A stretch of 64,000 nucleotides of DNA, from positions 2,728,001-2,792,000 of the forward strand of contig NC_087462.1 in NCBI RefSeq assembly GCF_036321535.1, written 5' to 3'. The translations under genes and the position numbers were made by a program. Below are positions 34,676 to 64,000 of the stretch, piece by piece; the stretch's first letter is position 1, and every line of letters starts with the position of its first letter. The DNA is from Camelus dromedarius. Lineage: Eukaryota. The notes beneath the pieces are model-generated. The model worked only from the letters and a program-made list of their open reading frames with translations. It made no database searches and was not told the DNA's origin.

Positions 34676-35213
34676 GCATTGAAGGCTTTTCTGGAAGCCT
34701 GGTAGAAGCCAAGTGGACCCACCTCTTTGTCCCTCCAGCCCCGAAGGCAGTGCAACCTCTATTGTCTGTCCTGCCATGAAGTTTGGCTCCTAAATGGTGG
34801 CTATGCCTCCTTTCCCTCGTGGAGGGACTATGAAGGCCATTTTGGAGTAGGCAGGGGTTGGGGAGTATGAGGGCCTGGGGGGCAGAGTTAATTCCTGTTT
34901 AGGCTGGAAACCAGAGAGGGCCTGGCCACACCTCCCAAGAACATCCTGAGTCAGGGGCTGGGGCCTGGGGGAGGAGCAGGTGCCGGGGGTGTGAGCTCCA
35001 GGGTCAGGGTTTAGGGCGAGGATGCTCCTTCCCAGGCCCCCAGAGCTAAAGGGGGGTGCAATGAAGGGCAAGTCTGCCCCGGAGTCTGGAGCCCAGCTCT
35101 CAGCGCCCTGAGGGCTCCCCCCAAGGACAGAGACAAGTAACAAAGTGAGACCAGTAAGAAAAAAAAGAATCCATAGTTTCTATAAAAAGCCCCGCCCTCC
35201 CCAGGCCCCCTGG

Positions 35214-42060
<6,847 letters not shown>

Positions 42061-42899
42061 AAGTGGGGAATGGCGGGAAAAGGGCTGTCCAGTGACCTGG
42101 CTGGAAACTGGGAGACTTCCCATGTGTGAGTTCTCCAGTAACCTCCAAGGTGAGGGGCTCAAGTGATGAGTGCCCGCTTTCCCTTTTCTACAAATGAGTA
42201 AACTGATTCTCCCTACCCTCCCCCATCCCCCCAGGACAGAGCTGGAGAGAAGGGGCCAGGATTCACGCTTCCAGTCCAAGGTTCTTTCCCCTGCACATTT
42301 CAGAAGTTTCTACATTTACAAATGCAGGGTACCTTGCATGTGTGCTGCGGGGGCGGGGGCAAATTGGGGCTTCACTTGGGAGGGTCACGGACGCCACTCT
42401 CAGTTGTCTGAACATTACCCAAGTGGGTGATAAACACTCAGCAGGACAGGTCCTGATGGCACCAAGAGGCTCCAGAAACTGGTCAAGGTCACTGGGGCTA
42501 GTGACATTCAAGAAACGTGTTGAGCACCTACTGTGTGCTGGGGAGACACTGGCGAACAAAGGTGGCATCTTGTGATGAGTGATGGACACAAACAGGTGAC
42601 CAGGCAGTGGTGACTTAGAGTGACTGGCATGTAATGAGGAGGCACCTGATCCAGTCTGAGGGGCACCTGGGAAGGCTTCCTGGAGGAGGGGATGTTGCAG
42701 CAAAGATCTGAAGAGTAAGGAGTGAAGTGGGGAGAATCAGCCAGCTGGGGGGGTGACATGAGGTACAGAAGGTGGCCTCTTGGCAGAGGAACAGTAAGTA
42801 CAAAGGCTGGGAAGAGACAAAGAGGGTGGCTCATTCCAGAAACTGAAATCAGTCCAGTGATGTTAGGGAAGAACATCGGTGTCTTCCCGCCAGAGCCCG

Positions 42900-43047
42900 T
42901 TGGCCAACAGTTAGCCCCGCTGCCAGCCTGTCTCCTCCCTCAGCTCATCCCCGGCCCCCTGGGGCAGCTGCCCGCTCAGAGCTGATCAGGTATCAGAGCT
43001 GAGTGCTGGGAGCTGCTGGTGCAAGCTGGTGGCCCAGCTGGGAGCAG
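42900..43047 (+). other. ANKRD24: Possible non-coding first exon of ANKRD24 isoform A
   Basis: The acceptor at 44699 needs an upstream exon. Candidate donors are CAG|gtaacc (43047) and CAG|gtatca (42989), ~1 kb from the SIRT6 start. The start position is a guess. Confidence 0.3.
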
Positions 43048-44735
43048 GTAACCGGAGCTGGCAGTGGACACGGTGGCCTGGTACTGGAGTCGCGGAGCTG
43101 CAGGAGGTAGGAGAGGAAGGAAGTAAGGGAGGCCCAGTTGCAGGCTTCCCTTAGGGCCTCGGGCTCCTTGCCCCTGAGCCCTGGCATGTGGGAGACAGGA
43201 GAGGCCTGTGTGTGTCCCCGCCATGCTGAGGCACCCAGGCACCCTGATACGCGCGCGCACGCACACACACACACACATACACGCACTTTCATGTGTGCAC
43301 CTCCCACTTCCCAGCCTTTGCCCTGTCTAGGGTACATACCCTCCTTTCCCACAGCTGCCGCTCAGTATCCTGCCTGGCCATCAGGCCCTGCTGATACATC
43401 ATCGCCTCTTTCAGGAAGCAGTTCCCTAGATGAGGGTACGCTCCGCTCCCCCAAGCCCACAGACCCCCTCCTGCCCAGGCAGCCCGTGGACTCCTCCCTT
43501 GGGTGTCAGCTACACTCTGCTCCAGGTGTGACTGAGTCCTTTAGACAGGAGTAGAGAAAAAGGGTGGGGTGGGCAATGAGTGAATGGGGGCGTTGATTGA
43601 ATAGGGTGAACTGAAGAGATGACTGGATGGATGGGCAGTGGATGGAGGGGAGGGTGGATGGATAAATGAGTGGATGGGTGGTTGCGTTTTGGATGGATGT
43701 ACAGGTGAGTGGACGTGTGAGTAGATGAATGGAACGATAGTTTGGAGAATTTATGGGCAGGTGAAGGGACAGGTGAAGACACGCTTTCACAGAAATCCCA
43801 CTCAGACACGGGAAGGAGTCCTAGCCAGACACCTGGCAAAACACCCTCTTGAGATCACCCTGCCTGACCTCTGTACCTGCATGTGCACGCAACATGGAAC
43901 AGGACAAGCTGGACAGACATGCGTGCACACACACCTCAGCTCACGTGTGCACATACATGCACACAGCCATCACCCCAAACCTCCACGCATCTTCCGTGAC
44001 TTGCCTCCATTCTCTCACTCACGCAGAAGCCAGGCTGGTGTAAGGGACTTAGCTGCAAGGATGTTCCGTGCTAAGAGGCCTCAGCTCTGGGCCTGGCCCC
44101 CCAGAAGTCCCTAAGTATTTGGGAAGACAGATCCAGTCCAGACACTTCCAGCCTGTGGAGCCAGGGATGGGGCAGAGGAAAGGGTGGGGGAACCAAGTCT
44201 GGGAGTTGGAACTCTGCCTACTGGCAAGAGGCAAAGCTGATTAGAACATGATAGGATTTGGGAACTGGGTTCTGAGGGATGCATAGGAGTTTATTAGCGA
44301 AGGAGAGGGAAGGCATTCTAGGCAGAAATACCTACACAGATGACAACTTGGAGACCAGAAGAAGCTTGATCTACTTGGGCAACAGGGAATACTGGTGAGA
44401 TGCATTTATTGGGCACCTACTGTTTGCCAGGCTCTCTGCTAGGGATTTCAGTGAAAACTGGCCATGATTCAGTCAAGAGGGGATTATCTCCTGCATTTTA
44501 AGGCCGAGGGATGCAAAATTCAGAGAGGGCAAGTGACCTGCTGAAGGACACACAGCAGTTAGGAGATAGGGTAGGTCTGTGTCCTACTCTGGGTGCTAGG
44601 ATGGCCCAGGGAGGATGAAGAATTACTTTTAAGGAGTGGGAGGCAGCCGACCCTCCTGCCCACCAGGACTCTTGTCCCTCAGACCCTGGCTTTCCCCAGG
44701 TGGCCTGGAGGAAGGAGAAACCAGAGACGCTGGCC

Positions 44736-63998
<19,263 letters not shown>

Positions 63999-64000
63999 AG

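Overview
Mammalian (not microbial) genomic DNA. It is most likely camelid: it carries about 13 copies of a tRNA-Ala-derived SINE ending in AAACCTAATTACCTCCCC and artiodactyl-type LINE-1 3' ends, and I saw no Alu, BovB/Bov-tA or PRE1. The window is syntenic with human 19p13.3. Positions 1-25,000 are repeat-rich intergenic DNA. Three genes follow: complete CREB3L3 (+, 10 coding exons, 25366-33438, 458 aa), complete SIRT6 (-, 8 coding exons, 41853-35214, 359 aa) and 5'-partial ANKRD24 (+, 19 coding exons including two alternative first coding exons, 44736-63950, running off the right edge). I built the exons by hand from splice sites, and the reading frames close. There are two assembly gaps (14006-14133 and 40501-40677). 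I see no prokaryote-style novel system. The best unexplained structure is regulatory and centres on ANKRD24: (1) nested, collinear inverted repeats in the two introns around a frame-shifting ankyrin exon; (2) a near-consensus REST/RE1 site in an orphan CpG island between the CREB3L3 and SIRT6 3' ends; (3) a second promoter giving a Cys-bearing N-terminus; (4) a GC-AG cassette exon; (5) a 29-nt micro-exon whose acceptor appears shifted; (6) an acceptor with no polypyrimidine tract. There is also a GATA-cluster candidate internal promoter in CREB3L3 intron 3, a templated ~190-bp insertion and a convergent CTCF pair. Gene identities, human-protein comparisons and repeat family names come from my recall of known sequences, not from database searches. 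Repeat boundaries are approximate.
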